Positions 40,221-50,924 of a stretch of 64,000 bases of DNA are shown here, in pieces; position 1 is the first letter of the stretch, and each line of letters begins with the position of its first letter. The translations under genes and the position numbers were made by a program. Source of the stretch: an uncultured Chryseobacterium sp. Lineage in GTDB: Bacteria; Bacteroidota; Bacteroidia; UBA10329. The DNA is taken from assembly GCA_964488095.1 (NCBI GenBank), contig CAZATP010000014.1:6553-70552 (forward strand). The letters run 5' to 3'. The notes below the pieces were generated by a model. That model made no database searches and was not told the origin of the DNA. It saw nothing but the letters and a program-made list of their open reading frames with translations.

Positions 40221-41327
40221 TTGAAGACGACTGAAATGAGAAAAGCTCTAGTAACATCAGTAATCACCCTTGCATCGGTCATGTCCATGCAGCCCACGAT
40301 GGCCGGTAACTCGGACCGTGCGGGTCAGGCTGGGGCCACGGAACTGCTCATCAATCCTTGGGCGCGTTCAAGTGGATTCGGCAGTGCCAACACCGCATCG
40401 GCCCGTGGTCTGGAGGCACAGTGGCTCAATGTGTCTGGCATGGCCTTCACCAAGAAGACAGAGGTGCTTTTCGCCAACACGCAATGGTTGGTGGGAAGCG
40501 GTGTGATGATCAATTCCTTCGGCCTGTCGCAGAAGATAGGTGAGGCCGGTGTGATCGGCATCAGCGTGATGAACATGAGTTTCGGGGAAATCGATATCAC
40601 CACCACCGAGATTCCCGATGGCGGTATCGGCACGTTCTCCCCGAACTATCTGAACATTGGCCTCTCTTATGCCAAGAGCTTCTCGAACAGCATCAATGGT
40701 GGTCTTACGGTGCGCGTCATCAACCAGAGCATCCAGAACCTGAGTGCCACAGGGGTCTCCTTCGATGCAGGTGTTTCATATACCACGCGTTTGGGCAGTC
40801 GTGAGAAAGAGAAGAACAAGGACAACTTCCAGTTCGGCATAGCACTGAAGAACGTGGGGCCACCGATGAACTTCAGTGGTGATGGTCTTGGAGTTCGAGG
40901 AAGTGTTCCCGGCAGCGACCGCAGCCTGACCCTCGAGTATCGCGCTCAGCAGTACGAGATGCCTTCATCCTTGCACATCGGTGTCACGTATCACTGGCGG
41001 AATGCCACCTTGGCTCACCAGGTGAGCGGTGCTCTCAACTTCACTTCGAACAGCTTCACCCGCGACCTGTTCAATTTCGGTCTCGAGTATTCATTCAAAG
41101 AGCTGTTCATGCTGCGTGGCGGATACATCCTTCAAATGGGATCGAGCGGTGCGGACAACAACATCGCCATCTCCGCACTCACCGGTCCTACAGCAGGTCT
41201 CACTGTAAACGTGCCTCTTGCAAAGAAGGACAGCGGCAAGGACAGCAAGCTCGGTGTGGATTACTCGTTCCGTGCCACCAACCCCTTCTCCGGGGTTCAC
41301 TCTGTCGGGGTGCGTTTCACGCTCTGA
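40221..41327 (+). CDS. PorV/PorQ-family (FadL-like) T9SS-associated outer-membrane beta-barrel
   Basis: Signal peptide and an N-terminal AGATELLINPWARSSGFGSA...AQWLNV block resembling the PorV A(x)FLxIxxDARxxGMG / WNPA motifs. Beta-strand periodicity and a C-terminal F-x-L. Confidence 0.55.
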   Translation: MKTTEMRKALVTSVITLASVMSMQPTMAGNSDRAGQAGATELLINPWARSSGFGSANTASARGLEAQWLNVSGMAFTKKTEVLFANTQWLVGSGVMINSFGLSQKIGEAGVIGISVMNMSFGEIDITTTEIPDGGIGTFSPNYLNIGLSYAKSFSNSINGGLTVRVINQSIQNLSATGVSFDAGVSYTTRLGSREKEKNKDNFQFGIALKNVGPPMNFSGDGLGVRGSVPGSDRSLTLEYRAQQYEMPSSLHIGVTYHWRNATLAHQVSGALNFTSNSFTRDLFNFGLEYSFKELFMLRGGYILQMGSSGADNNIAISALTGPTAGLTVNVPLAKKDSGKDSKLGVDYSFRATNPFSGVHSVGVRFTL

Positions 41328-41417
41328 TCACCCTTCAGGAAATTCCATACCTTTGACATGGCAAAGAGTCCCGCTAACGCGGGATTCTTTGCGTTTATAC
41401 ACCTAAGTGATACTGCC

Positions 41418-41885
41418 ATGAGTACCTATCTCACCCAGGAAGGACTGGATAAGTTGAAAGCCGAACTGGACCAACTCAGAAGAGTGGAGCGTCCGAAAAT
41501 CTCTCAGCAGATAGCTGAGGCAAGGGACAAGGGCGACCTTTCTGAGAATGCTGAATATGATGCGGCCAAGGAGGCTCAAGGCCTTCTGGAAATGAAGATC
41601 TCCAAACTGGAGGCACTCGTTGCCGATGCCAAGGTCATTGATGAATCGAAACTGGCCGGTGATCAGATTCTTATTCTGAGCAAGGTGAAGATCAAGAACG
41701 TATCCAACGGCATGACCATGAGCTACACCCTTGTCCCGGAGAAAGAAGCGAATCTGAAGGAGGGTAAGATCTCCGTGGAATCGCCCATCGGGAAAGGACT
41801 GTTGGGCAAGAAGGTCGGTGATATGGCCGAGATTCAGGTGCCCAATGGCAAGGTGAACTTTGAGATTCTTGAAGTGGGCAGATAA
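41418..41885 (+). CDS. greA: Transcription elongation factor GreA
   Basis: MSTYLTQEGLDKLKAELDQL coiled-coil N-terminus and an FKBP-like C-terminus (ISVESPIGKGLLGKKVGD). Confidence 0.85.
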   Translation: MSTYLTQEGLDKLKAELDQLRRVERPKISQQIAEARDKGDLSENAEYDAAKEAQGLLEMKISKLEALVADAKVIDESKLAGDQILILSKVKIKNVSNGMTMSYTLVPEKEANLKEGKISVESPIGKGLLGKKVGDMAEIQVPNGKVNFEILEVGR

Positions 41886-42283
41886 TGGCGAGCATCTTCA
41901 CCCGCATCATCCAAGGGGAGATTCCTTGTCACAAGGTGGCAGAAACAGAGGACTGTATCGCCTTTCTTGACATCAACCCTATTGCCAAGGGACACACGCT
42001 CGTGGTGCCCAAGAAGGAAGTGGACAGGCTTTTCGACCTGGACGATGAGACGTACGTGCGACTTCAACTCTTCGCGAAGGATGTGAGCATAGCCATTGAA
42101 CAGGTTGTGCCATGTAAACGGATCGGAGTGGCGGTGATCGGACTGGAAGTGCCTCACGCCCACATTCATCTCATTCCGATAAACAGAATGAAAGACATGG
42201 ATTTCGCGAATGCACGCGTAAGCATGTCCGAAGGCGAGCTCGCTGAACTCGCCCAGAACATTGGCTCAGCCTTGAAGGCCTGA
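41885..42283 (+). CDS. HIT-family (histidine triad) hydrolase
   Basis: HIT motif VPHAHIHLIP. The start overlaps the greA stop. Confidence 0.8.
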   Translation: MASIFTRIIQGEIPCHKVAETEDCIAFLDINPIAKGHTLVVPKKEVDRLFDLDDETYVRLQLFAKDVSIAIEQVVPCKRIGVAVIGLEVPHAHIHLIPINRMKDMDFANARVSMSEGELAELAQNIGSALKA

Positions 42284-42292
42284 GAGAAAGCA

Positions 42293-42877
42293 TCACGCCT
42301 TACGCTCTGGGTTCTGCTTGAGAAAGGCCGCCCAACCTGACACCTTCTTCCCTCCTGCCCCGTTGCTTTTCACTACCGAGGCCGTGCCCGCTGTGAAATG
42401 ATGACAGACCGCAGCAGCCAATGCATCGGTGGCATCCATCGCGTAATCGTCCATGGACACCTTGAGGATGCTCTGAAGCATGGCAGCCACCTGCTCCTTT
42501 GAAGCGGCACCATTGCCCGTGATGGACTGCTTGATCCTTCGGGGAGCATACTCCTCAATCGGGATATTGTGCGAGAGGGCGGCTGCAATGCACACTCCCT
42601 GCGCCCGACCAAGCTTGAGCATCGATTGCACATTCTTGCCGAAGAAGGGTGCTTCGATGGCCAACTCATCTGGATGATACTCCCGGATAATCTCACTGGT
42701 GCGGTCGAAAATGACCTTCAGCCTCGTGGCCTGGTCTTTGAACTTGTCCAGCTTCAGCACACCCAGCGCGAGTACTTTCAGTCCTTCGTTGGTAACGTGA
42801 AGCACCCCGTAGCCCATGACCACGGTTCCCGGGTCGATGCCCAGAATGACTCTGTCCTTCTGTGGTTTACCGCTCAT
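42293..42877 (-). CDS. ruvC: Crossover junction endodeoxyribonuclease RuvC
   Basis: ILGIDPGTVVMGYGVL N-terminal catalytic Asp block and an RNase-H-like fold. The start is atg at 42877. Confidence 0.85.
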   Translation of the reverse strand: MSGKPQKDRVILGIDPGTVVMGYGVLHVTNEGLKVLALGVLKLDKFKDQATRLKVIFDRTSEIIREYHPDELAIEAPFFGKNVQSMLKLGRAQGVCIAAALSHNIPIEEYAPRRIKQSITGNGAASKEQVAAMLQSILKVSMDDYAMDATDALAAAVCHHFTAGTASVVKSNGAGGKKVSGWAAFLKQNPERKA

Positions 42878-43658
42878 GCCCGCTTCGCATTCCGGCCAAT
42901 AGGATCCCTGTGGCAACAGCAGCATTGAGCGACTCGACCCGGCCACCACCAAAGTCAGGGATTCTCACTTCACAGTCACACACTTCCAGCACCTGGCCAC
43001 TCACTCCATGGGACTCGCTTCCGATGACAAGCACCGTTGGACCACTGATATGAAGACCACTCATGGGTTCACCATTTAATGTGGCGCACAGCACCCTGTA
43101 GCCTTGACTGCGTGCCTCATGTAGCGCGGCCGTCAGGTCGGAAGAGATGATGGAAGCGTGAAAAAGCGCGCCCATGGCGCCTTGAACCACTTTGGGACCG
43201 AAGGCATCCACACTATCATGAGAACAGATGATCTGACGGACACCGAACCAACAGGCTGTTCGGATGATGGTGCCCAGATTACCAGGGTCGCGGATGCCGT
43301 CAAGGGCAAGCACCACATCGTTCCAGACCGGCTTCCTTGCCTGCGGGATTCTCGCGATGGCCAAGGTGACATTCGGAGTGGTGAGCAGCGACATGCGCTC
43401 CAGTTCCTTCATGGAAACAACCTCTGAACGGAAACTACCATGGAGCCCGTTCAGGAAGTTCACGTCCGTGGAATAGACGGTTTCGACTGTCAAAGGCGAC
43501 TCTAAGAGTTCGCTCACTACCTTCACGCCCTCAGCAATGAAACATCCCGAGGCTTGGCGTTCCTTTTTCTGCCCAAGAGACCTGACATACTGAATGTCTG
43601 CGCGTGAAATGGCCAATAGTTGGAGCGGTGTTTGTTCCGCTGCCGGAAGATGCGACAA
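42867..43658 (-). CDS. SpoU/TrmH-family (RlmB-like) RNA 2'-O-methyltransferase
   Basis: An N-terminal substrate-binding domain plus SPOUT motifs (LDGIRDPGNLGTIIRTA, SLNAAVATGILL). Confidence 0.75.
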   Translation of the reverse strand: MSHLPAAEQTPLQLLAISRADIQYVRSLGQKKERQASGCFIAEGVKVVSELLESPLTVETVYSTDVNFLNGLHGSFRSEVVSMKELERMSLLTTPNVTLAIARIPQARKPVWNDVVLALDGIRDPGNLGTIIRTACWFGVRQIICSHDSVDAFGPKVVQGAMGALFHASIISSDLTAALHEARSQGYRVLCATLNGEPMSGLHISGPTVLVIGSESHGVSGQVLEVCDCEVRIPDFGGGRVESLNAAVATGILLAGMRSGHER

Positions 43659-43690
43659 CGGTGGCTAAAGGTCTGAATTTCTCCCTTCTG

Positions 43691-46090
43691 ATGGTCTTGA
43701 GAAGGCATGTGCCTAAACTGATCGTGGCCTTGGCCCTTGCGGTGTCTGCGTGCTCTCCTACGCGGAAATTACAGGAAGGTGAGTATCTGCTCGTTAAGAA
43801 CAGAGTTGAGAATGACAGCAAGGTGGTGACCAAGAGTGAGCTGGAGGGATTCATCCGCCAGAAACCTAACCGCAAGATTCTGGGGTTTTACCGTTTCCAC
43901 CTTCAGGTTTTCAACCTGGTGAATGAGGAGAAGCTGGAGGTCGCCTCGCAACGTATTGCCGACAAGAATGATGCACGGAACCGCAGAAGGGCCGCCAAAG
44001 GCAAGGACCCCAAGGAAAGAAGAAGGTCTTTCTGGGAATGGCTACGTGACATTGGCGAGGAACCTGTACTCTATGATGCCCTGACAGCCAAGAAGTCGGC
44101 TGAGCAACTGCAGACCTACCTCAACGGCAAGGGCCACTTCAACGCCATTGTTTCCGACTCAGTGATACTGGACATTGCCAAGAAAAAGGCACGGGCTGTT
44201 TACGTTGTGAAATCGGGCACACCCTATCGCGTGCGCGATTTCAAGTATGAGGTCACAGACCCACGGCTTTCCATACTTGTGCGCCCAGAGACCGGGAAGT
44301 CCAGAATAATGCGGGCAGGGATGAACTACGATGTGGAGCGCTTTCAGAAGGAGCGCGAACGCATTGACCGCCTGCTCAAGAGCAACGGATACTATGCCTT
44401 CGATGACAGCTATGTGCGCTTCAGGGTGGATTCTGCACTGGGTTCTCATGAGGTGAACATGACCCTGTATCTGGAGGACCCAGTGAGAAAGGACACAATG
44501 CTTGTCCGTACAGAAGGCCATCATACCTATACCATCCGCAACATCTATGTGCTCACAGATTACGACCCGAAGCGCCCTTTCGCATCGAAAGACACGCTTT
44601 TCTACAACGGCATCTATTTCATCACCAACGGTAAATTCAAGCACCGGCCGGACATGCTTTATGACAAGCTGTTCTTCTCGGAAGGCGACCTCTTCCGCGT
44701 ACGCAGGTCAGAGCTCACCTACCAGTATCTCTCTGGTCTGCGGGCCTTCCGACTGATTAACGTGGCTTTCAGGGATGCGATTGAGCCCGATGGTGACCAT
44801 GTGCTGGACTGCTACATTCAGTTGTCCCCTGCCCTGCGTCAATCCTATTCCATAGAGGCGCAAGGCACCAACACGGAAGGCAACCTCGGAATATCGGCAT
44901 CGCTCAGCTACCAGAACAGGAACCTGTTCCGCGGGGCGGAGATACTTGAACTGAAGCTGCGGGGCGGTATCGAGACCCAGGTGGTGTCCACGAACGTTGC
45001 CGACCGCCCCATTTGGGACGGACTCCCCTTCAACACGTTGGAGTTCAGTCCAGAACTGAGTCTGACCATCCCCAAGTTCATTGCACCGTTCAGAACCGAC
45101 AAGCTTTTGCGCTACGGCAACCCGAGGAGCATCATTTCCCTGTCCTACAACTTCCAACAACGACCCGACTATACCCGTTCCATCTTCACAGGACGGTTCG
45201 GCTATCACTGGTCGCAGGGGCTGAACCTTCAACATAGGTTGAATCCGCTGGAGGTGAACTTCGTGAACATCTATAACGAGGATCCCCAATTCATCCAGCG
45301 CATTGAGAACCTGCGTGACGAGTTGCTGCGGAACAGCTATCGTCCCCACTTGACCACCACCACCAACTACACGCTTACCTACTCGGGCCAGAAGCTGAAC
45401 AAGCGGGAGAATTTCTCTTTCCTGAGGCTCAGACTGGAAAGTTCGGGCAATCTGCTGCGCGGAATCTTTGCAGCCGCTCAGGCCGACAAGGACACTACTG
45501 GCAGCTATCGCGTCTTCAACATTCCCTTCGCCCAGTATCTCAAGTATGAGATCGATTTCAGGCGTTATCTCATTCCCAATGCCCACAGCCAAGTGGTGCT
45601 GAGAGCCTATCATGGCATGGCCTATCCGCTGCTGAACCTTGGGGCGGTGCCTTTCGAGAGCAGCTTCTTTGCCGGTGGTGCCAACGGCATCCGGGCATGG
45701 CCGGTGCGCTCCCTTGGTCCAGGCTCCCTGCCCGATTCACTGAACCTGCGTGACCAGTTCGCAGACATAAAGTTGGAGTTCAACATCGAATACCGCTTCG
45801 ACATCTACCGGTGGTTCAAAGGGGCCGTGTTCGCAGATGCCGGCAACATCTGGCTGGTGAAACCCGACAAGGACCGACCGAACAGCAACTTCGACTTCTC
45901 CCGTTTCTACAAGGAGATCGCTTTGGGAATGGGGGTCGGACTGCGACTGGACTTCAATTTCTTTGTCATCCGACTGGATGTGGCCACTCCGTTTCACGAC
46001 CCCAGTTTCGATGAGGGCGACCGCTGGGTAGTGGAGCGTTTCAAATGGTCTGATGTCAACCTGAACATCGGTATCGGCTATCCATTCTGA
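43691..46090 (+). CDS. Omp85-family outer-membrane protein assembly factor (BamA/TamA-like)
   Basis: POTRA-like N-terminal repeats and a C-terminal bacterial-surface-antigen barrel ending in GIGYPF. The start is atg at 43691. Confidence 0.7.
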   Translation: MVLRRHVPKLIVALALAVSACSPTRKLQEGEYLLVKNRVENDSKVVTKSELEGFIRQKPNRKILGFYRFHLQVFNLVNEEKLEVASQRIADKNDARNRRRAAKGKDPKERRRSFWEWLRDIGEEPVLYDALTAKKSAEQLQTYLNGKGHFNAIVSDSVILDIAKKKARAVYVVKSGTPYRVRDFKYEVTDPRLSILVRPETGKSRIMRAGMNYDVERFQKERERIDRLLKSNGYYAFDDSYVRFRVDSALGSHEVNMTLYLEDPVRKDTMLVRTEGHHTYTIRNIYVLTDYDPKRPFASKDTLFYNGIYFITNGKFKHRPDMLYDKLFFSEGDLFRVRRSELTYQYLSGLRAFRLINVAFRDAIEPDGDHVLDCYIQLSPALRQSYSIEAQGTNTEGNLGISASLSYQNRNLFRGAEILELKLRGGIETQVVSTNVADRPIWDGLPFNTLEFSPELSLTIPKFIAPFRTDKLLRYGNPRSIISLSYNFQQRPDYTRSIFTGRFGYHWSQGLNLQHRLNPLEVNFVNIYNEDPQFIQRIENLRDELLRNSYRPHLTTTTNYTLTYSGQKLNKRENFSFLRLRLESSGNLLRGIFAAAQADKDTTGSYRVFNIPFAQYLKYEIDFRRYLIPNAHSQVVLRAYHGMAYPLLNLGAVPFESSFFAGGANGIRAWPVRSLGPGSLPDSLNLRDQFADIKLEFNIEYRFDIYRWFKGAVFADAGNIWLVKPDKDRPNSNFDFSRFYKEIALGMGVGLRLDFNFFVIRLDVATPFHDPSFDEGDRWVVERFKWSDVNLNIGIGYPF

Positions 46091-46175
46091 TGTCACATCG
46101 GCAAAGGTGGATGGACGGAAACCCGCCTGTGAATTTCTTTAGCTTTGCCGACCTCATAAAAATCCGCGTAAAAAG

Positions 46176-47237
46176 ATGGCATACAACAAGATTGTAGAAC
46201 TGCTCGGTGACAAGGCCGACTCTTTGCTCAACCATACCTGCAACACTTTCCCGAAGGAATCGCTGACCCTTCCGAGCGGTGATTTCGTTTCGCAGCATTT
46301 CACCCCAACGAACCGTAATGCCCGTGTGCTTCGTAATCTGGAGTGGATTTACGGTCATGGACGCTTGGGCGGAACGGGATATGTGTCCATCCTTCCGGTG
46401 GATCAGGGCATAGAGCACTCTGCCGCTGCAAGCTTCGCCCCGAACCCTATCTATTTCGACCCGCACCGCATCGTGGAACTTGCCATGGAAGGCGGGTGCA
46501 ACGCAGTGGCCTCCACGTATGGCGTTCTGGCCTCCTGCTCTCGGAAATATGCCCACCGGATTCCGTTCGTGGTGAAGATCAACCACAACGAACTGCTCAC
46601 CTACCCCAACAAGTTCGACCAGATCATGTTCGGCACCATTGACGATGCCTACAACATGGGGGCCGCAGCAGTGGGCGCCACCATCTATTTCGGTTCGGAA
46701 GAGAGTGCCCGTCAGATCGTGGAAGTGGCCGAGGCATTCGCCTATGCCCACGAACTGGGCATGGCCACCATCCTGTGGTGCTACCTACGCAACAGTAATT
46801 TCAAGCAGGGCGGTGTGGACTATCATACCGCTGCCGACCTCACCGGGCAGGCCAACCACATCGGGGTGACCATTCAGGCCGACATCATCAAGCAGAAACT
46901 GCCGACCAACAACGGAGGCTATAACGCGCTTCAGAACTACGGCAAGACCCACAAGAAGGTGTACAGCGAACTGAGCACGGACCACCCTATCGACCTGTGC
47001 CGCTATCAGGCCGCCAACTGCTATATGGGCCGCATCGGTCTCATCAACAGCGGTGGAGCATCGGCCGGGGCAACCGACCTTGCCGAGGCGGTTGAAACAG
47101 CTGTCATCAACAAGCGTGCTGGAGGTCACGGGCTCATCTCGGGCCGCAAGGCTTTCCAGAAGCCTATGAACGAAGGCGTTGAACTGCTCAATGCCATACA
47201 GGACGTGTACCTGAGCAAGGAGGTGACCATCGCCTAA
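46176..47237 (+). CDS. fbaB: Class I fructose-bisphosphate aldolase (DhnA/FbaB type)
   Basis: 353 aa with a TIM-barrel DhnA pattern ([22 protein letters not shown] with the Schiff-base Lys region). Confidence 0.75.
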   Translation: MAYNKIVELLGDKADSLLNHTCNTFPKESLTLPSGDFVSQHFTPTNRNARVLRNLEWIYGHGRLGGTGYVSILPVDQGIEHSAAASFAPNPIYFDPHRIVELAMEGGCNAVASTYGVLASCSRKYAHRIPFVVKINHNELLTYPNKFDQIMFGTIDDAYNMGAAAVGATIYFGSEESARQIVEVAEAFAYAHELGMATILWCYLRNSNFKQGGVDYHTAADLTGQANHIGVTIQADIIKQKLPTNNGGYNALQNYGKTHKKVYSELSTDHPIDLCRYQAANCYMGRIGLINSGGASAGATDLAEAVETAVINKRAGGHGLISGRKAFQKPMNEGVELLNAIQDVYLSKEVTIA

Positions 47238-47253
47238 GTCAATTATCAATTGG

Positions 47254-47335
47254 CAATTATCAATGAACAATAGCGTCATGAGGCTAATTGGTTCTTCAGG
47301 CATATCGTTCATTGCCCATTGTTCATTGTCAATTG
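47254..47335. promoter_or_regulatory. Compound inverted repeat between fbaB and accD
   Basis: Left arm caattatcaatgaacaat (47254-47271) pairs with right arm attgttcattgtcaattg (47318-47335), 17 of 18 matched. Each arm is preceded by a half-repeat (caattatcaat / cgttcattg). Confidence 0.45.
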
Positions 47336-47342
47336 AATTAGG

Positions 47343-48188
47343 ATGAGCTGGTTCAAACGCATCAAGGGCGGAATTCAAACCTCCACCCAGCAGAAGAAGG
47401 AGACGCCTGAGGGGCTGTGGCACAAGTGCCCGTCCTGCAAGCACGTTTCCCCAACGGCCGACAATGAGGCCAATCTCTGGGTATGCGTCAAATGCGGCCA
47501 TCACCAGCGCATCGGTTCCAAGGAGTATTTCCACCTGCTTTTCGATGAAGGACACTTCGAGCTCTTCAACGAGAACATCCTCTCCAACGACCCACTGCAT
47601 TTCTCCGACTCCAAACCCTATGGTAAGCGACTGGAGGAGACCCGCGAGAAGACCGGGCTGAACGATGCCATCCGCACGGCCATCGGCACCGTGGACGGTG
47701 AACGGCTCATTGTGGCGGCCATGGACTTCGAGTTCATCGGTGGCTCCATGGGCAGTGTGGTGGGCGAGAAGTTGGCCCGCGCCATAGACCGATGCATTGA
47801 GGAGAACGTTCCTCTCTTGGTCATATCCCGTTCGGGCGGGGCCCGCATGATGGAGGCCGCCTACTCGCTGATGCAGATGGCCAAGACCTCTGCCCGGCTC
47901 TCCTTGCTCTCGCAGAAGAGGATTCCCTACATCTCCCTGCTCACAGACCCGACCACCGGTGGCATCACGGCATCATTCGCCATGCTGGGCGACCTGAACA
48001 TTGCCGAGCCGGGCGCGCTCATCGGCTTCGCGGGGCCACGGGTCATCAAAGAGACCATCGGCAAGGACCTGCCCAAGGACTTCCAGACCTCAGAGTTCGT
48101 TCTGGAGCACGGTTTCCTGGACAAGATCGTTCACAGAAAAGATCTGAAACCGTTCATCGCGAACATGCTTCGGATGATGGCGAATTGA
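47343..48188 (+). CDS. accD: Acetyl-CoA carboxylase carboxyltransferase beta subunit
   Basis: N-terminal Zn-ribbon CPSCKH...CVKCGHH and a carboxyltransferase domain. Confidence 0.9.
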   Translation: MSWFKRIKGGIQTSTQQKKETPEGLWHKCPSCKHVSPTADNEANLWVCVKCGHHQRIGSKEYFHLLFDEGHFELFNENILSNDPLHFSDSKPYGKRLEETREKTGLNDAIRTAIGTVDGERLIVAAMDFEFIGGSMGSVVGEKLARAIDRCIEENVPLLVISRSGGARMMEAAYSLMQMAKTSARLSLLSQKRIPYISLLTDPTTGGITASFAMLGDLNIAEPGALIGFAGPRVIKETIGKDLPKDFQTSEFVLEHGFLDKIVHRKDLKPFIANMLRMMAN

Positions 48189-48269
48189 AAATTCCGGGGA
48201 TGATTGGAATTTTCCTTTGAATCATTACTTTTGCCCCTCGTTTTTCACAGACCTATACAATCGCATACG

Positions 48270-48539
48270 ATGTATCTGACATCAGAAGTTAAGAAAGGCA
48301 TTTTCAAGGAACACGGTGGTTCTGAGACCAACACGGGCAGCACGGAAGGACAGATTGCTCTGTTCTCTCACCGCATCAACCACCTGACCGGCCATCTCAA
48401 GAACAACCGGAAGGATTTCGGCACACAGACCGCCCTCCTCAATCTCGTAGGTAAGAGACGCAGACTGCTCGACTACCTCAAGGCACAGGACATCGAGAAG
48501 TACCGCTCCCTGATCAAGGAGCTCAATCTCCGGAAGTAA
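48270..48539 (+). CDS. rpsO: 30S ribosomal protein S15
   Basis: 89 aa. MYLTSEVKKGIFKEHGGSETNTGS and the HRINHLTGHLKNNRKD signature. The start is atg at 48270. Confidence 0.9.
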   Translation: MYLTSEVKKGIFKEHGGSETNTGSTEGQIALFSHRINHLTGHLKNNRKDFGTQTALLNLVGKRRRLLDYLKAQDIEKYRSLIKELNLRK

Positions 48540-48561
48540 TCTTACTGAAAGCACGAAGAGA

Positions 48562-48592
48562 AAGGCAATTCCCGGATTGCCTTTTTCTTTTT
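48562..48592 (+). terminator. Rho-independent terminator / processing hairpin between rpsO and pnp
   Basis: aaggcaat / tcccgg loop / attgcctt, followed by tttctttttg. Confidence 0.65.
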
Positions 48593-48675
48593 GCACCCAT
48601 TCGTACCGCATCAAGAGGCACAGCAAAGAAGAATAAACAACCAACCGACTAAAGAGGTCAAACAAAGAAGAGTAG

Positions 48676-50790
48676 ATGAAAGCAATTGAAAAAACATTCG
48701 AGACAGGTGGTCAGAGCATCACTATCGAAACCGGCAAACTGGCCAAGCAGGCCGATGGTGCCGTAGTAGTGAAAGTGGGCAACACGATGCTGTTGGCCAC
48801 AGTGGTTTCCAGCGTAGGAGCGCGCGAAGGCGTTGATTTCCTTCCGCTCTCCGTGGACTATCAGGAGAAATACTTCGCTGTGGGCAAATATCCCGGTGGA
48901 TTCTTCAAGCGCGAAAAACGCCTATCAGACTATGAAGTGCTGGTGAGCCGTCTGGTGGACCGTGCGCTCCGCCCCATGTTCCCATCCGATTACCACGCAG
49001 AGGTTCAGGTGCTCATCAGCCTCATCTCTGGCGACAAGGAGACCCTTCCTGATGCATTGGCCGGTCTGGCCGCCAGTGCCGCATTGGCCGTATCGGACAT
49101 CCCGTTCGGTGGTCCGATCTCTGAGGTCCGTGTGGCCAAGATCGATGGTCAGTATGTGATCAACCCTACCCGCAGCGAACTCGCCAAGGCGACTCTTGAG
49201 ATCATGCTGGCCGGCACAGCCACCGACATCACCATGGTGGAGGGCGAGATGAAAGAGGTTTCGGAAATCGAGATGCTCGAGGCCATCAAAGTAGGCCATG
49301 AGGCCATCAAGCTTCAGGTGCAGGCTCAGCTCGAGCTGGCCGCGATGGTCGAGAAGTCGAAGGTGAAGCGCGAGTACAGCCACGAGGACAACGATGCCGA
49401 CTTCGAGAAGAAGGTGTTCGATTTCTGCTACCCGCTGGTAGTGGAGATGGCCAAGAGCGGCTCTGGAAAAGAGGCGCGCTCTGCCAAGCTAAGCGAGATC
49501 AAGGATGCTTTCGTGGCCACCATGACCGATGACGAGAAAGCCACCAAGAAGCATCTGCTAGGTGGTTACTTCAAGAAGGCTCAGAAACGTGCTGTGCGCG
49601 ATGTGGTGATTTCAGAGCGCGTGCGCCTCGATGGCCGCAAACTTGATGAGATCCGCCCCATCTGGTCGGAAGTGGACTACCTTAAAGGGGCCCACGGTTC
49701 GGCCATCTTCACCCGTGGTGAGACGCAGGCCCTGACGTCTGTCACCCTCGGTGGAAAGACCGATGAGCAGAAGGTGGACGCGGTGACCTACGAGGAATCA
49801 CAGAAGTTCATGCTGCATTACAACTTCCCTCCTTTCAGCACCGGTGAGGCCCGCATGATGCGCGGCACTGGCCGCCGGGAGGTGGGCCACGGCAACCTGG
49901 CCGAGCGCGCCCTCAAAGGCATGATTCTCGATGAGAACCCTTACACCGTCCGTGTGGTGAGCGACATCCTCGAAAGCAACGGCTCATCATCCATGGCCTC
50001 TGTGTGTGCAGGTTCGCTTGCACTGATGGATGCCGGTGTGAAAATGAAGACCGGAGTTTCGGGCATCGCGATGGGCCTCATCTATGACGAGGGCAAGTAT
50101 GCCATCCTCTCCGATATTCTCGGTGACGAGGATTTCCTTGGCGACATGGACTTCAAAGTGGCCGGTACCATCAATGGTATCACCGCTGTGCAGATGGACA
50201 TGAAGGTGGACGGACTTCCCTACAAGGTGCTGGAGGAGGCCCTCAACCAGGCCAAGGCCGGTCGTCTGCACATCCTCAACGAGATGAACAAGACCATCAG
50301 CGAGCCACGTGAGGACTACAAGCCTCACGCTCCGCGCATGGTGGTGCTGACCATTCCGAAGGACATGATTGGTGCCGTTATCGGGCCCGGTGGCAAGATC
50401 ATTCAGGAGATGCAGCGCGAGACCAACACCACCATCAGCATCGATGAGGTGGACGGACGCGGCATCGTGCAGATCCTCTCCGATGACAAGGCTGGCGTGG
50501 AGGCCGCCCTCAGAAGGATCAAGGCCATCACAGCCGTTCCAGAGGTGGGCGAGGTCTACACCGGCCGTGTGAAGAGCATCATGCCCTTCGGTGCGTTCGT
50601 TGAAGTGATGCCCGGTAAGGATGGTCTGCTGCATATCTCCGAGATTGAGCACCGCAGGCTGAACACCGTGGAAGAGGCCCTACAGGAAGGTCAGGAAATC
50701 ACCGTGAAGCTCATTGCCGTGGATGAGAAGACCGGCAAGCTGAAACTGAGCCGCAAGGTGCTGCTCCCAAAACCTGAGAAGCAGGACTGA
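48676..50790 (+). CDS. pnp: Polyribonucleotide nucleotidyltransferase (PNPase)
   Basis: 704 aa with two RNase PH domains, a KH domain and an S1 domain ([15 protein letters not shown]). Sits in the classic rpsO-pnp arrangement. Confidence 0.92.
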   Translation: MKAIEKTFETGGQSITIETGKLAKQADGAVVVKVGNTMLLATVVSSVGAREGVDFLPLSVDYQEKYFAVGKYPGGFFKREKRLSDYEVLVSRLVDRALRPMFPSDYHAEVQVLISLISGDKETLPDALAGLAASAALAVSDIPFGGPISEVRVAKIDGQYVINPTRSELAKATLEIMLAGTATDITMVEGEMKEVSEIEMLEAIKVGHEAIKLQVQAQLELAAMVEKSKVKREYSHEDNDADFEKKVFDFCYPLVVEMAKSGSGKEARSAKLSEIKDAFVATMTDDEKATKKHLLGGYFKKAQKRAVRDVVISERVRLDGRKLDEIRPIWSEVDYLKGAHGSAIFTRGETQALTSVTLGGKTDEQKVDAVTYEESQKFMLHYNFPPFSTGEARMMRGTGRREVGHGNLAERALKGMILDENPYTVRVVSDILESNGSSSMASVCAGSLALMDAGVKMKTGVSGIAMGLIYDEGKYAILSDILGDEDFLGDMDFKVAGTINGITAVQMDMKVDGLPYKVLEEALNQAKAGRLHILNEMNKTISEPREDYKPHAPRMVVLTIPKDMIGAVIGPGGKIIQEMQRETNTTISIDEVDGRGIVQILSDDKAGVEAALRRIKAITAVPEVGEVYTGRVKSIMPFGAFVEVMPGKDGLLHISEIEHRRLNTVEEALQEGQEITVKLIAVDEKTGKLKLSRKVLLPKPEKQD

Positions 50791-50814
50791 GCGTTCATAC
50801 CACGTTGAAAATGA

Positions 50815-50852
50815 AAAAGCCCTTGGAGCAAAAGCTTCGGGGGCTTTTTTCT
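50815..50852 (+). terminator. Rho-independent terminator after pnp
   Basis: aaaagcccttggagcaaaagcttcgggggc followed by ttttttcttt. Confidence 0.55.
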
Positions 50853-50924
50853 TTAGCATTGCAGCATGGCCATCGTCTCCCCCTTCGGTGGCTACCTTTG
50901 CAGGGTCTCAATAGGTGCGAAGCC

